The notes under the pieces are model-generated. The model did no database searches. It saw only the letters and a program-made list of their open reading frames with translations, and was not told the origin of the DNA. 64,000 bases of DNA from Octopus sinensis (Eukaryota), in contig NC_043000.1 in assembly GCF_006345805.1 (NCBI RefSeq), forward strand, positions 51,522,001 through 51,586,000. Reading direction: 5' to 3'. Both the position numbers and the translations under genes were made by a program. Position 1 is the stretch's first letter; each line of letters begins with the position of its first letter. Below, one piece after another: positions 37,326 to 50,880 of the stretch.

Positions 37326-38224
37326 GATTTCATTTCAGTTGTTTTATAACAATGTTCATAATGAAAATGTATGTTTCATAATAGTCTCTTTGTTTCCCTT
37401 TGTTATTTATGAGTAACTTAAAATTGTTCCTATTCCCTGCTTCAAAGCAACAAAAAACAAATACCTCTTCTCCAACCCACTTGCATTTTAATTCTCTCAC
37501 TTCATCTTTTTCTGCATGCCACCCTGGACATTGTAATAAGCACCTTATTCTTCCTCTGATTTAGATTTTACTTCTCCTATCACTCTCTCTCTCTCTCTCT
37601 CTCTTTCTCTTGCTCTTCCTCCAGCCTTCTACTTCCATACTGTTCTGTTTGTATGATAGCAAACAAATACATATTGCTAGTTATTATTTGTTGACTTTTG
37701 ATTTCAGTTAACATAATATATTTGAACATAATATATTAATAATTATAAAAGAAGCAGGAAGTTGTTTGTTTCCTGGTTAGACTATTTTTTTGTTTCCTGC
37801 AGTTAGACTATTTTTCGTTATTATACCGTATATGAATTCAATTAACCATATCCCTCCTTTACTCCTTATCTAAAGTAAATGGCTTTGTAATGTGATGTAA
37901 TGTAAATGTCTCTTAAATCCCCAAAGAGCAATTTTTCAATGTCAATGATTACTTGTTAAATTGGTGAGAGATTAATCCTTTTTTGAATGTGTTATTTATT
38001 ATGGATTTGATAGTTATCAATTACAACAGGTAGATAAATTAAAAAGAAAAGTAGAATAGAGTGTTTTTTTCATCCAGAAATACAGAAAAATACTTGTAGC
38101 GGTTTTGAACTCATAATCTATGAATATATGGTCTAATATCTCATGATTTGTCTATAAAAATTTGGCCTGGATGTTCAACAGTACCAGTGTCTATTAGTTA
38201 AAATGAAGTAAATAGCACTCTATC

Positions 38225-38527
38225 AGTTAAGATGATGAGGGCTCCAATTGATCCAATCAATGGAATAGCCTGCTCATGAAATTAATGTGCAAATGGCTGA
38301 ACACTCCACAGACATGCATAACCTTAATGTAGTTCTCAAGGAGATCTAGATTGACACATAATGTGACAAAGATGGCCCTTTGAAATACAGGCACAACTCA
38401 TTTTTGTCAGCTGAGTGAATTGGAACAATGTGAAATAAAATGTCTTGTTCAAGGACAAATGCACTGCCAGGAATCGAACTCGTGACCTTACGATCGTGAG
38501 CTGATTACCTTAATCATTAAGCCACAT
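38225..38527 (-). mobile_element. tRNA-derived SINE, head Y + tail P
   Basis: Colinear with 1262-1533 and includes the tRNA-like head (ggaatcgaactcgtgaccttacgatcgtgagc...ctaatcattaagccac). Confidence 0.85.
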
Positions 38528-41164
38528 GTAATAAAATGAACTATATCAAGTAGAACTTACAGCAAGATATGAAAGAGTCCCCTTTTACTCTGATAGAAAA
38601 CATCTATGTCAATATTTCGTTTGGGGATTTGGTTTGCAAGATTCTTTATATGAGTTTGTGTGTTGAAGCATATTCTGTTGTGTTTAGAGAGTCAAGACTA
38701 ATGAAAAGGTTGCAAGATGCAATGAAAATTTTAGAAAAATAAAAATAAGAAATAAGGGGAAATTTTACCAGTGAGTGTGTTACATTATAAGGCACAAAAA
38801 GAAAATGACTCTCCCCAGACACAACATCTATGTCAATGTTACACATGTAGTCCAATGTAATATTACACATTAAGTTTGCAGTTTGGTTAGTTTTAAAGAC
38901 TGGAAGGAGATAAAAGTTGCATAGATTTTACTGCCTGGTTCTCTGTTTTTATATCAGATATTCTGTATATATTAGAACACTCAAGAGTTCATTGATATTA
39001 GTTACGAATAGATGGAGGCGTTATTTTGTGGGCATCAAAGTATGCTCACACATCATTATTACTAAATACTGTCTAGTTATAATTACATGGCATAAACATA
39101 AATACTGCCTGTGTGCCAGAACACCTTTGAGCATTGTAATCTTGCTTGAGTACTTATATCATAGAAGTATTTAATTAGGATGAGCAATACAAAGATAATT
39201 TTCTGTCGGGAGAGACCTGTACTTGCACTATTATATAGGCAATACTGCAACAGTTGTTGGCTAGTGATAACAACCCACATACAGTTTACCACATCAGAAA
39301 ACAAGATATACTGCATAGCCATTTCTCTCTTACCTGTTCTCACTGTATAAAGTGATGGAAAAATAAAAATAAAAGTGTTCATGCTTTTTAAAATGGTACA
39401 GCACTTTTCTAGTGATTCTCAATTTTCAGAAAAACCTTATCTAATTCAGGTGTCTATTATGTTATAAAAACATATTTACATAGAAATTTATTCTTTTCCA
39501 TCTGCAAATGTTGTATGAATTTAAGAATTAAGGAAGATCCAATAATTTCCACTGCAACCAACATTTTGTATATTTTCTAGTCACTCCAGGAAGTTTCAAA
39601 TTATATGAGAATATTTTTTAAAACATGACAAGCAAAATGGCAACTTATAAAATCAGAATAAGTAAATACATATTAAAAAAAAAAAGATATTTTGAAAAGT
39701 AAAGTAATAAAAAAAAATGTTCTGTTGATCCAAAAACATCTTTTTTTTATGCAGCTGGTTTAAAGTCTAGATGAAACATTTAGATCTTAGCCTGTTTAGT
39801 TATTCACTTTTGATTCTTATTTAGTTATTTATTTGAAGATCTGTTTATTTCCTAAATGCAAATTTTTCAAGAAACAAAAAATACAACATGCTGCCTCTCC
39901 ATTTAAAATGGCACTGTTTGTTATATACCTTAAGCTGTGTATGATTTAGTTTCCAAAATATGAATCTTTTTACTTATCTAAAAGAAAAACAAATTCAAAT
40001 AAATTTGAAGTTTTTATTTAGTTATTTACTCATTTATTTTTTTATCTATTTATTTATTTACTTATTTATTTATTTATTTATCATTGCAGTTGTAGTTGGT
40101 TGTTGTTTCTCATGAATGGTCATGTTTCACAGAGAATCATGTAGAATATAGTTTCTTCTAGGATTAACTTATGAAAAAATTATTTTTAGTTCTTCACCTT
40201 CAATGGACTTGAGAACAAATTGTTATCTTAACACCCGTTACCTGAGATTGAAGAAAGGCCTTTCTTTAATTATATTTAAATTTTTGGTGGTATCTATGTG
40301 ATGGGGAGGGGGCATGTTTACACATTGTAAGGTGATTGCCTAAGAAGTGGAGGTTGTAGAAAAGCAATACTTAAACACTCTCTGCTAAACTACTAATGGA
40401 ACATACAGAAAATATAGACATGCATAATATGAGACATAATAAAAGATTAGTACTGCAAAGAAAAATAGCTAAAATGGGAAAAAAAGGCATAGAAAAGCAG
40501 CAATAGTAACAACAGTAACATTCTTTAATTATTGTTAATGTTGTGGCAAAAGACAGAGCAACACAACCTAGCTCAAGAGAAAGTGGGGGTGAGATGTCTT
40601 ACAAATGACAATACCCACTTGCTTCACTTAATAGTAAAGGTCATGTAAATGGCTTCTACCTGGAAGAAGAGAAAAGATATAATCTTATATTAGCCTTGGA
40701 AGAGAATTGGTCACATAATATGACTAATTGATAATATGAGTTGCTGATAGTCATTTGATGTTAAAACCATATCATCATTGTATCAACATCTGAGGGACAA
40801 TGTTGTGGATGATATCAGGGTCCTTTGCAGTTAGACTAAGGCTGAAATTGCCTCAAAGACAATTTTGAGGTAACAGAAGAAGATTGAATTGAAAGGTGGT
40901 GTCAGTGTTGTGAGGTATACTAACCTTTCATAAGCAGTGGCTTCTCAAATTTTGTGGTTAGGTTGCCTTTTTCTATTCATTTATTTTATAAAACATTGTA
41001 ACTTGTCTTAATATTGCATCGTTTTGTATTATATTTTTCTTACACTAACATTGTGTGTGTGTGTATGTGTCTATATAGTTTTCCACACATTTTGTGAAAC
41101 ACTTTGTAATGAGTGATGGTAGCAAATAAAGCACAGTTATTATCAGTATTATTAGAATGAATAA

Positions 41165-41335
41165 GATGGTGAAATGGCAGAACTGTTAGCACTCTAGTAC
41201 GTTTAAATATTTGTTAGCAGTATTTTGTCTATTTTTACATTCCAAAGTACCTGTCAAGTACTGGGGGTCGATGAAATCAACCAGCCCCTTCCCTCAAAAT
41301 TTCAGGCCTTGTGCCTATCAAAGAAAGGAATATTA
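41165..41335 (+). mobile_element. SINE family E, diverged with internal deletion
   Basis: ggcagaactgttagcac...caagtactggggtcgatgaaatcaac...aaaatttcaggccttgtgcctat. Confidence 0.6.
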
Positions 41336-41980
41336 TTAGGATGAATCTGAGTATTCGTTGAGTCCACTGTGAGAGTTACCCAACCACACACTTTTAACAA
41401 GGCAAGGTAAGCTATGTTCCTCTGTTTAGTGCCTATGGTAAAATAGTTTGTGTGGTGAACAAAGCTAAAAGAATTGAGGAAAGACACCATTCTCTTCAAT
41501 TGAGCCCTCATCCATTTTTTCAAGTTCCACTTGGAAAGGAAAGTAGAAATGATGAAGAAAGTACACTCTCCCAATAAGTTTGTAAAAAGGTGGATGACTG
41601 TGGTAGAAATGGTTAGGGTGAATTGACGTACATTAAGCATGCACCTGTACATTGGAGAACAACATTTGAGCAAGGACTCATACTTCTGGTGATAAAGGTA
41701 ATCCTGGATTTCTGGGGTTCCTTGGTTGACCTTTGTTGGAGCTTTTACTGTATCAGGGGGACTGCATCATTTGTGTTCACATATTTTGTAAAATATGTTT
41801 ACTTTTAGCTTATTCACCATCTTTTCCCTTTCTTTTCTTTCTTATTTTTTAAGTATACCTCCACGCATAAAAATTGTAGGCTGTCCTTCTATTGTCACCC
41901 TCATCTATGCCCAGGTTGTAAAGAAAAGTAATCATCATCATCATTGTCATCCTTATTATTATTATTATTATTATTATTAA

Positions 41981-42196
41981 GGCGGTGAGCAGGCAGAATC
42001 ATTAGCATGCTGGGAAAAATGCTTAGTGGTATTTCGCCTGTTGCTACATTCTCAGTTCAAATTCTGCTGAGGTCGACTTTGCCTTTCATCCTTTTGGGGT
42101 CGATAAATTAAATACCAGTTATACACTGAGATTAATGTGATCGACTATTCCTCTCCCCCTAAATTTCAGGCTTTGTGCCTATAGTAGAAAGGATTA
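41981..42196 (+). mobile_element. SINE family E, full length, inside an (ATT)n tract
   Basis: ggcggtgagcaggcagaatcattagc...ctcagttcaaattctgctgaggtcgactttgcctttcatcctttt ggggtcgataaattaa...; (ATT)n on both sides. Confidence 0.9.
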
Positions 42197-42208
42197 TTAT
42201 TATTATTA

Positions 42209-42249
<41 letters not shown>

Positions 42250-42974
42250 TCTTTTTGTGATTTGAAAGCTTTTATCTTCATTTGGATGATATGTATATTA
42301 TATTTGAAAAATATATCCAACAAAATAAGTTTAAGTGAAAATAGAATACAAAAATTCATGTTGTATATTTGATCTTAGCCACAAGGTTCAAAAGTGATAT
42401 GATTGAATTTTTTTTTTTTAGGTTTACTCTGTAAGTGTATCATATTTAAGAATGATATAATTTTCTTTTTATTTAATGTTTCATAAGAAAATATCAAGAC
42501 TCAACTATACATTAGTCATTTTTGTTGTTTCTTTTACCTTTTTTTTTTTTTACTACCAAATATGGCAATGTATTGTTGCAACAAATATGTGATTCAGAGC
42601 TAAGAGAATATTATCAAATAAATGGCTGCTGTTGCTATTGGTAATAAATGCATTCTCACACCCACTTGTCTCTTATATGTATTCACTGATAAGTGACATT
42701 GTACAAAGATATACATTTAACCCAGCAAAAAATTGGAGATGCACATATATGTATACACTAGAAAAAAATCCACAAAGAGATAGATGTGCTCATGACATGC
42801 ATTTACATGTGCATGCACACACACACAGAAACATGTGCATAGAGAAATATCTTCTTATTTGAAAGGTAACACAAATATATGCAAATACATGCAAAATGTG
42901 CAAATGCAAAACTAAACTTTCATGAGAAAAAAAAACAAAACATTCTCACACATACATATATGTTAAAAAAAATG

Positions 42975-43010
42975 TATGTATGTATATATATATATAATAA
43001 ATATATATAT

Positions 43011-43041
<31 letters not shown>

Positions 43042-43165
43042 GCAAATATGCAAATTTATTATTATTATGTATGTGTATATATATATATATATATAATATA
43101 TATATATATATAGATAGATAGATAGATAGATATATAGATATAGATGTATATATATATATATATAT
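42975..43165. repeat. (TA)n/(GATA)n compound microsatellite
   Basis: Direct reading. Confidence 0.92.
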
Positions 43166-43572
43166 TCAAAGCAGAAAATGAGAAAAATTTGTAAGATCAC
43201 CTACAGGTGATGTTACATGTCTGCTGTAAACCATGTTGTTGTGCTAACCCCACTATGACAGTAATATATCATAACATTCTGCATTAATAGCATTCCATAC
43301 TGTTTTATAAATCTTTAAAGACACACACTTTCACCCATACATACACTAATGTGCTCGCTCTCTCCCTCTGAATAGTAGTTTCCTTTAAACAAGACAATAA
43401 AATATGTATGTGCATTTGTACACTGTTTATTGTACTTGAAAACAAGTAGGCCTAAATTTGAATAGGACTTGATGCATGTTGTGAAATAAGGAGGATAGGA
43501 GCATAGTCTTGTTTTCAAGGGTCTTTTTCCTAGCAGTTCCAACAATTGTTTCTGGGTTGTACAGTATATGAG

Positions 43573-43833
43573 TGTGGAGGCGCGTGGCTTAGTGGTTAGG
43601 GTGTCAGCATCATGATCGTAAGATTGTGGTTTTGATTCCTGGACTGGGCTATGCGTTGTGTTCTTGAGCAAAACACTTCATTTTCTGTTGCTCCAATCCA
43701 CTCAGCTGGCAAAAATGAGTAACGCTGCGATGGACTGGTGTCCCATCCAGCTGGGGAATGCATATGCCATTGAAACCAGGAAACCAGGCCCATGAGCTTG
43801 GCTAGGCTTTAGAAGGGTGCATTTATTTATTTT
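43573..43833 (+). mobile_element. tRNA-derived SINE, head Y + tail V, with 13-bp TSD TACAGTATATGAG
   Basis: TSD at 43560-43572 and 43834-43846. A-box TGGCTTAGTGG. ctgcgatggactggtgtcccatccag resembles the V-SINE central domain (from memory, not a search). Confidence 0.9.
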
Positions 43834-44299
43834 TACAGTATATGAGGGAGGTTTAGTTGCATCAATGTGTCATGTTATCAGGGAAACTTGCATTTGTAAA
43901 GGAAGATAAGCTGGCAATTAACAGCCAAAATTAGCATTGAATAAATATATGGGGGTGTACATGAAAAGAAAGTAATGTGTGTGTGTGTGTGTCTGTGAGA
44001 GAGAGAGAGATGAGAGGTAAATTTAGAGATAGAGGTTTAATTTGTGTCATGTCTGTAGTGCATTGATAGTCTAATACTAGGTTAGGGAAATACTAAGGGA
44101 AAGTGAAAAGAAATAATTAAATTTTATGTAGGATATCGACCATGCCATAACTTGTAAAATTGGTCCTTTTTATGGTCATGGCTTAATCGGAAGAATGACA
44201 GTCCCAATGATCTCTTGCAACACCTCTTAAACCTGTATAGATAGGAGACGAAGTAATCATAACTCATGGGTTATTACACAGGTCTTCTTCAAATGTTTA

Positions 44300-44510
44300 C
44301 AACCTAGCAAATGACATTTGGAAGGGTATCCAGCTGTAGAAGCCTTGCCAAAACTGACCTCACCTGTGCTTGTGCCATGCAAAAAGCACTCAGTCCACTG
44401 TGCTGAGTGGTTGGTGTTAAGAAGGGCATCCAGTCATAAGAATCATGCCAAAACAGACACAAAAGTCTGGTGCGGGCCAGTATGGAAGATGGATGTTATG
44501 TTAAACGGTG
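44300..44510 (+). mobile_element. SINE family C-like, diverged
   Basis: gaagggtatccagctgtagaa...ggttggtgttaagaagggcatccag...catgccaaaacagac. Confidence 0.65.
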
Positions 44511-44624
44511 GTGGTGGTTTTGGTGGTGGTGGTTGTGGTGGTGGTGGTAGTTGTGGTGGTGATGATGATGACACTAAAGTAGCAGGTTATAGTGTTAAAA
44601 CAGGTAAAGGATGAGGAAAACTAC

Positions 44625-44775
44625 ATTCCTTCCGACAGGCTTCTGCACAGCTCTTGTCTAACCACAGGTTTCTGTGAAACCAATTTCACCCAAAACTTGT
44701 TTGCTTTGAGACTATTGTAGAAGACATTTGCCCAAAACACAGAATCATTAGATTGTGAAGAGAATTTCTTAATTA
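44625..44775 (-). mobile_element. SINE family B-like head, diverged
   Basis: gactattgtagaagacatttgcccaa...aattttcaccc; weak match. Confidence 0.45.
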
Positions 44776-45849
44776 TGTTTCTCTATCAGCACCTACATAC
44801 AAAATAGATGAGGAATGAAGGGGGAAAAAAAAAGAAGATATACACAAGTTGTTTGAGTGAATATTCTTCATAAATTTCAGTCTTGGTCATTTATATTTAT
44901 AACCAGTGAAATTGGTTATAAAATGAAGTTATGGTTTCACGTAGCCTAATGGATTTAGTGTTCTTTGTCTAAAGTCCACCGTGTCAACAGACAAATCTGT
45001 AATTTTATTAATTTATTTTATTGTCAATTTTTTTTTAGAACAATCATTAGCCTCTTTAAAGCTAGAAATACTGTATTTCAACAGAATTATAATCTATATA
45101 TAAAATTACATGTGTAATAATCACTAAATTCTAAGTATTCTACATAAATAGATATATTCAGACGGAAACATATTCACAAGCAAATATTTGGGCTAATTCT
45201 GTTTTATTTTGAAAGTGAAACTTGAATATTTCCCTGAACATATATTTTTGTCTATTTGTGTATATAATACATATATGTATAAAAGATGAAGAGTTTTGCA
45301 AATACATGTGTATATGTAAATACATAGAAACACCTATGGACACACATATATATATATATATATACACATATGTACATCCACTCACACATCACATATATTT
45401 ATATACAGACATATATTTCATTAATTTAATCACATATATTTATTGAAGAAAGGAGGGATGGAAGATGGAAAAATAAAACTTTGGTTGTTAAGTTGTTAAA
45501 TATGAATTTTTGAACAAATTGGATACATGTAAGCTGGGTATAGATTTCGCTATTACTTTATTAGCTACACATATATAAAAAGAACTTAGCTATGCATATA
45601 TAGCAAAAATTAATTGTAATGCATTAAATAATTGTCATAAAAGTGGTTTATCTAAATAGACAGTATGAGCCATTGGTTAATGGAAACCAAACAAGTTTTA
45701 GAACTATAAAATACTTTTTTATTCAACATCAAAAGGAGCATCTAGTTAATTGGGTTCTTTTAGAATTGCAACACATCAAATAAATACTTTTGGCATTTCG
45801 ATTGCCACTAAGAGTTAATTTGTTAATCCATTCTATGAATGTTTGTGAA

Positions 45850-46340
45850 TCATGTGGTAGTCTCCTGTGGTGCATTTGATTGGTTACAAATGTTTCCATG
45901 ATTTCCAAATGCAGGTTGATGTCTATTCCCAATCTTCTGTTCCCTCTGAAGGATCTAATTTTATAAAGCTTCTAGTCTTCCTTCTCTTTTCTTTCCTTCT
46001 AATGGTGTCCATCTTAATGCTATTTCTTCATACCAATGATCTTGTTGGCACAGGATGTGACCACTGGTCAGATATATTCTTCATTTTATGATCCCATCTT
46101 GAAGTTTCTTGAAAATACTCTTCTTAAAATTTTTTTTGTTTCTTCTATGGTTATGATATGAATTTCTCAGGATTTTTCTCAAGCATCTTTGCTGAAGCAC
46201 ACCTGACTTTTCAATGACTTTTCACAATCATCTTCCACATTTCGCTTTAATATAGTAGCAATGGTAATTCTCTAGTGTTATGCGAGTAGATATTCATGCT
46301 GGTGTCCAGGATGTTGCTGGACCAGGTTTTGTACCTTCAC
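45850..46340 (-). mobile_element. Degenerate RTE-type LINE fragment (post-RT region)
   Basis: Minus strand with stops and frameshifts: ..GVLQQRCLRKILR...GHIL....EIALRWTPLEGKRKEGR.., matching the RTE pattern F..RCLR.IL.I.W...GHV.R....AL.W.P.G.R..GRP. Confidence 0.6.
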
Positions 46341-46789
46341 TGAAATAATGCTGTCACTTTTTTTGATACTACAGTACCATTTAATTCTGTTAAGCCATAA
46401 TGGAATCAAATGAACATGTGAACCTATTTTGTTTGTAAATGATGATAACATTAATACCATCAACAGCACAACAGTGAAGATGATAATTGTGTAAGTGATA
46501 ATAACAATGATGATGATGATGTTCACATTGGTACTGACCTTATGATTTGTAAAATTTACAACAATGATTGTTTATAATTTGGTTTTAATTGTGCTGTTAA
46601 TTCAATTATATTCTTGGAATATTTTTATATATCAGCAAAAGTCATCGAACCCATAGATTTACATATAACGGCATAGATTTTGTAATACCAGTTAATTTTT
46701 TGAAATTGAAGCATTATTATTTCTGTTTTATAAAGTCAAATTTGATATATAATAACCATTTAGAATCTCCCCTGTATTCTTTTTTAACT

Positions 46790-46862
46790 GCCATAATAAC
46801 AGAATCCATAATCCAGTGCGCGGATTTGGTAGACAGAAACTGAAAGAACTCCATATATATGA
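46790..46862 (+). mobile_element. SINE family B fragment
   Basis: ggatttggtagacagaaactgaaagaa is shared with the family B copies. Confidence 0.6.
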
Positions 46863-47092
46863 GTTTAAAGGGATATGTTATCCTGGCGGTAACCATGTTT
46901 CTTCTCAAGTTGGTTTCAAATGCTGGCTAACCACAACAGTCCTTAGGTGGTATCCAAGCTAACAATAAGCTGTTAGGCTCTGGTAACTTTTCTCACTGAG
47001 TAAATCCGATTTTCCTGTTCAGGGTTGCATATGTTCTGTAGAGTAAGTAATAGTATTAATAACGATGAAGAGAACAGAGGTTTTTCATATCT

Positions 47093-47158
47093 ATAATTTT
47101 GTTTAACAGTTAATTACAGCATTGGTAAATGCTGTAATTAACTGTTAAATAAAATTAT
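47093..47158. repeat. 31-bp-arm palindrome with 4-nt loop
   Basis: ATAATTTTGTTTAACAGTTAATTACAGCATT-GGTA-AATGCTGTAATTAACTGTTAAATAAAATTAT; the single non-Watson-Crick pair is G.T. Confidence 0.95.
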
Positions 47159-47514
47159 GTATGTAAAAATTCTCTAATCTCCTAATCATTATTAATACTA
47201 TCTATCTATTTATCTCTCTCAAAAAAAAAAAAAATATATATATATGTATATATATATATAAACTACTCCCTTTCGAAATTATCCCTAATAGTGGTTTGGA
47301 GTTTAACTACTCCTTCTAGCAGCTCAGATGTCCTGTTATGGTCATCTCTTAAGTGTTTAAATGTGCACTGTGTTTTTATATGTGTATTTTTATATAGTCT
47401 ATTGGCTAGTTTTTTTCTCTCGCTAGACCACTGGTAACAAAGAAATAGAAATTTCCTAAATTTTTTTTTCTAACCTGGAATTTATTAATATATTTATCAT
47501 AAGAGATATATAAT

Positions 47515-47665
47515 GTCGTGTCTTTCTCAGTGTTTGTCCCCAGCTACGACATGAGCGGTGCTGGTTTGTTTACATCCCCATAACTTAGCTGTTCAGCACA
47601 AGATAGAGTAAGTACTAGGTTTAGAAAAAAAAGTTAGTACTGGGGTCAATTTGGTTGACTAAAGA
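47515..47665 (+). mobile_element. SINE family B 3' half, diverged
   Basis: gtgtttgtccc...gtttacatccccataacttagc.gttcagca...aagtactagg...tggggtcaatttg.ttgactaaa. Confidence 0.7.
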
Positions 47666-47719
47666 CACAAAACAGTATCGTCGCAACCTTATGACTACTC
47701 CCCCTCGTTCTTCCCACTT

Positions 47720-48400
47720 ACTCTCTCCTCTTCTTCTTCTTCTTCTTCTTCTTATCCTTCATCCTCCTACCACTAGCACAATTCTACTACTACTATAACT
47801 CTACTACTACTACTGCTCTCCAGTATATGAGCTTTATACTATGATTCGTTGTTCTGCAAATATTCCGAACTGTAGGTCTGTGAGAGCGTGTAGAAAATGA
47901 AACAAGAGTGTATTCTTTTGAGAATTAAATTTTCCCATGACGTCATTAAATTGGTTTGCGAGATCAATAATATTCTCTTCGGCCGCTTCTAATTACGCGT
48001 TTTACTAATGAGAGAATGGAACAATATATTTGCATCAATTTTCCTGCTATATGGCTATATATCTCTTATAGAAATCATTAATGAACAAATAATAGGCTTT
48101 AAAAAATAAAAAAAACGAGAACACATGGAGTGGGAGGAGTAAAAAAAAAAAAAATCACACTTTCACACGGAATAAAACTCAACTATATTCTTAGCGACGT
48201 AACGATACGCATACAAATCAAGGGACGCTACTCATAATTTGTGCTGAGAGTTATATCTCGTGTTCCCATCGCTATACGGAAGATACGTGTAGCATATTTT
48301 AGTACTTCCAGCATAACATATTCCGTATCTTACCACAATATCATACTGCTGGAACTATTAATGATAATAGTTGCAAACATGTCATTTTTTTTTTTGTTTT
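47720..48400. promoter_or_regulatory. Candidate promoter / first-exon region (CpG-undepleted, CRE palindrome)
   Basis: About 20 CpGs in 47820-48360 by hand count versus near absence in, e.g., 33-35 kb. TGACGTCA at 47938-47945. Minus-strand GTAAGT donor at 47721-47716. Inference only. Confidence 0.35.
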
Positions 48401-48534
48401 TATAAATTTCTAATCTTTCTTTCTTCTCATCCTGTTTTATGTAAACCTTCACACAATATCTAACTGGTATTTAAAAAAAAAATATCTTTCGTCATCCAAC
48501 ACACCTGTAACAAATAAACAAAATCATCATCATT

Positions 48535-48720
48535 ATCAAGTCGGCCAAGTTGGCGTGTCGGACAAAATACTTAGCGGTTTTTCTTTCGGTTCTTTTACGC
48601 TCCTAGTTCAGATCCCACATTTCATCTTCTCATAGTCGATAAAATAAAGTATCAGTCAAATGCGGGACTTCATATAATCGACATGTTCCCTTCTCCCAAA
48701 TTGTTGAGTTTGTATCAAAG
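48535..48720 (+). mobile_element. SINE family E, diverged
   Basis: aaaatacttagcggt...tagttcagatccc...gtcgataaaataaagtatcagtcaa. Confidence 0.55.
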
Positions 48721-50880
48721 TTTCAATGAATTATCATTACATACATACTACAAGTGTATTGTGATAGTCATGGTAGTAATTTAAAGCACAGACATAAGGC
48801 GTTGTATTTCATCATTGCATATGTGGATTATAGATGTTTGATCAAGTAATATAGTATATTATAGAATATAAGCCGATATAACCACACACACACACACCAT
48901 CATCATCAGAATTTAATGCTCGTGTTCCATGCTGACGTGGATTGAACTCTGGGTCTGTGTGTTTCTATCTGTATCTACGTGTTTGTTTGATGATCATTAT
49001 GATTCTACATCAGTGCAGTTTCTTCAAGTTCATTGCACTACAACAATTCAAATCCCTAGCCAAACAATACAAATATAAAAAGAAAACAACATTTGACTGA
49101 TCCTTTTTGAGCGATGCTTTATTTATGTGATATAAAAATATATTTACATACACACACACACACACACACACGTGCCATGAAAGAGCATAAACAATTTAAA
49201 TACACATACTAGGTGATTACTTCTAGTAATTTATTTAGTTTTAATTGTAGCATAATCCATTGATAAGTGTTGAAGTACAAAGCTATTTCTTGTAAATATT
49301 AAGTCCTACCATTCTTGTAGGTATCATATATTCGTTCTATTTGTTTCATTCACTGAAATCAGTCTTTCACAAGGCATAAATCGAATAGAACATTATAGTA
49401 ATTCATTATATTAATTACATTGACCTTTCAACGAAGTATTGCCTGGCCATCCTGGTTGTAACTTTAGTTTAATAATTCTTCTCTTGTTTATTACATTCGA
49501 TAACCTAAAACATGTTTAATTCTCATCTGTTAGAAGGTTTATGGCTTCTTCTTGTTGAAGATGATGATGATGAATTAGTAGTAGTAGTAGTAGTAGTAGT
49601 AGTGTGTGTGAGAGACGTACGTGCTCACATGTTGGTGAATGTATGGAATTACTGATGTATTTGTTTGTATAATTCAAAGAGCGAACAGTAATGGTCCAAT
49701 AGCAAAAATATTAAATGTAGGGATTCATGGAACTTGTGTTTCTTTACTGTATGAATTCACGAACTTCTAAACCTATGTATATATATATATACCCATGTAT
49801 GATTGTGCGTTTAGTTGCGTGTAGGGGAATGAGAGAGAGTAAAATACAGTTCTTTGATTTTTTTTTTTTTTTTTTCATGTTTCTCATCGAATTGTAGCTA
49901 TAAAAATTATGTTAGTTGCTGCAGACACGCATTTAGCTAGCTTCTATATTTGATTTGAAACATTTGAAATAATTTCTTTTCAGTGAACATTTTTCATACC
50001 AAATACATTATCATTTAAATTCATTATTCTAAGTTTCAAATATGAATTTTTAGAAATTTAAAAAATTATTTTTCGACAAAACAACTCTGCTTGTATTAAA
50101 TTTAATCCTGACTAAAATCAAACATTTTTAAAGGAAGGAATGATTTCTGTTTGTTTGTTTTATGTTTTTTTTTTTTTGAGAGAGAGAGAGAGGTAAAGGG
50201 TTAATTTATTTTCTAAGTTCAAAGAGTAAGAAATTGACTGGAAAAATTTATTTCTCGAAAGATATTTTTTTTAAAACCTAGTGAATTCAGTTTTATAAGT
50301 AATGTTCGTTCAATTTATCTTTCCTATTCTCCGGTAATAACTACTGCACAGAACACCATATCTAAGGGAGACAACCAAACTTAACTTATATGGTGATCGA
50401 GAGTTATTTCCCTTTGATGTGTTTTCTACATTTTGGCTTTAGGAGACTTCAATTTAATTTTTTTTTTTCCGCCTTACAATATTCTTTTAGGGGCACTTAT
50501 CTATGTTAGAAATTTTAATTTAGTAATCTTACCGGAAGCTTAGCCATTGTTAGCTGATTTGCTAGAACTTGGGACAAATAACTGTATAGCTGTTCATATA
50601 CTGAATTTAAATTCTGTTCATTACGACTTTGCTTTTCTTTCGTTTATTGTCAAGTAAGAAACACCAATCATGTATTAAAATTCATATAATCGACTATTCA
50701 GAGATAGTGATCCACCGTAGGTGCAGTGCTACGATTGAAACCACTAAAAGGAACAAAATAAAAAGAACATTCCTATTTATTTTCGATACATTTCGGTAAT
50801 TATGGAAATATATACGTATATGTTGTGTGTGTGTTTATATATATATATTATATATATATATATATAATATATATATATAT

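Noticed and set aside
46880-47030. GC-richer stretch that could be the 5' UTR of the RTE fragment at 45850-46340
   Set aside because: No diagnostic motif, and the spacing is far too short without invoking a large deletion.
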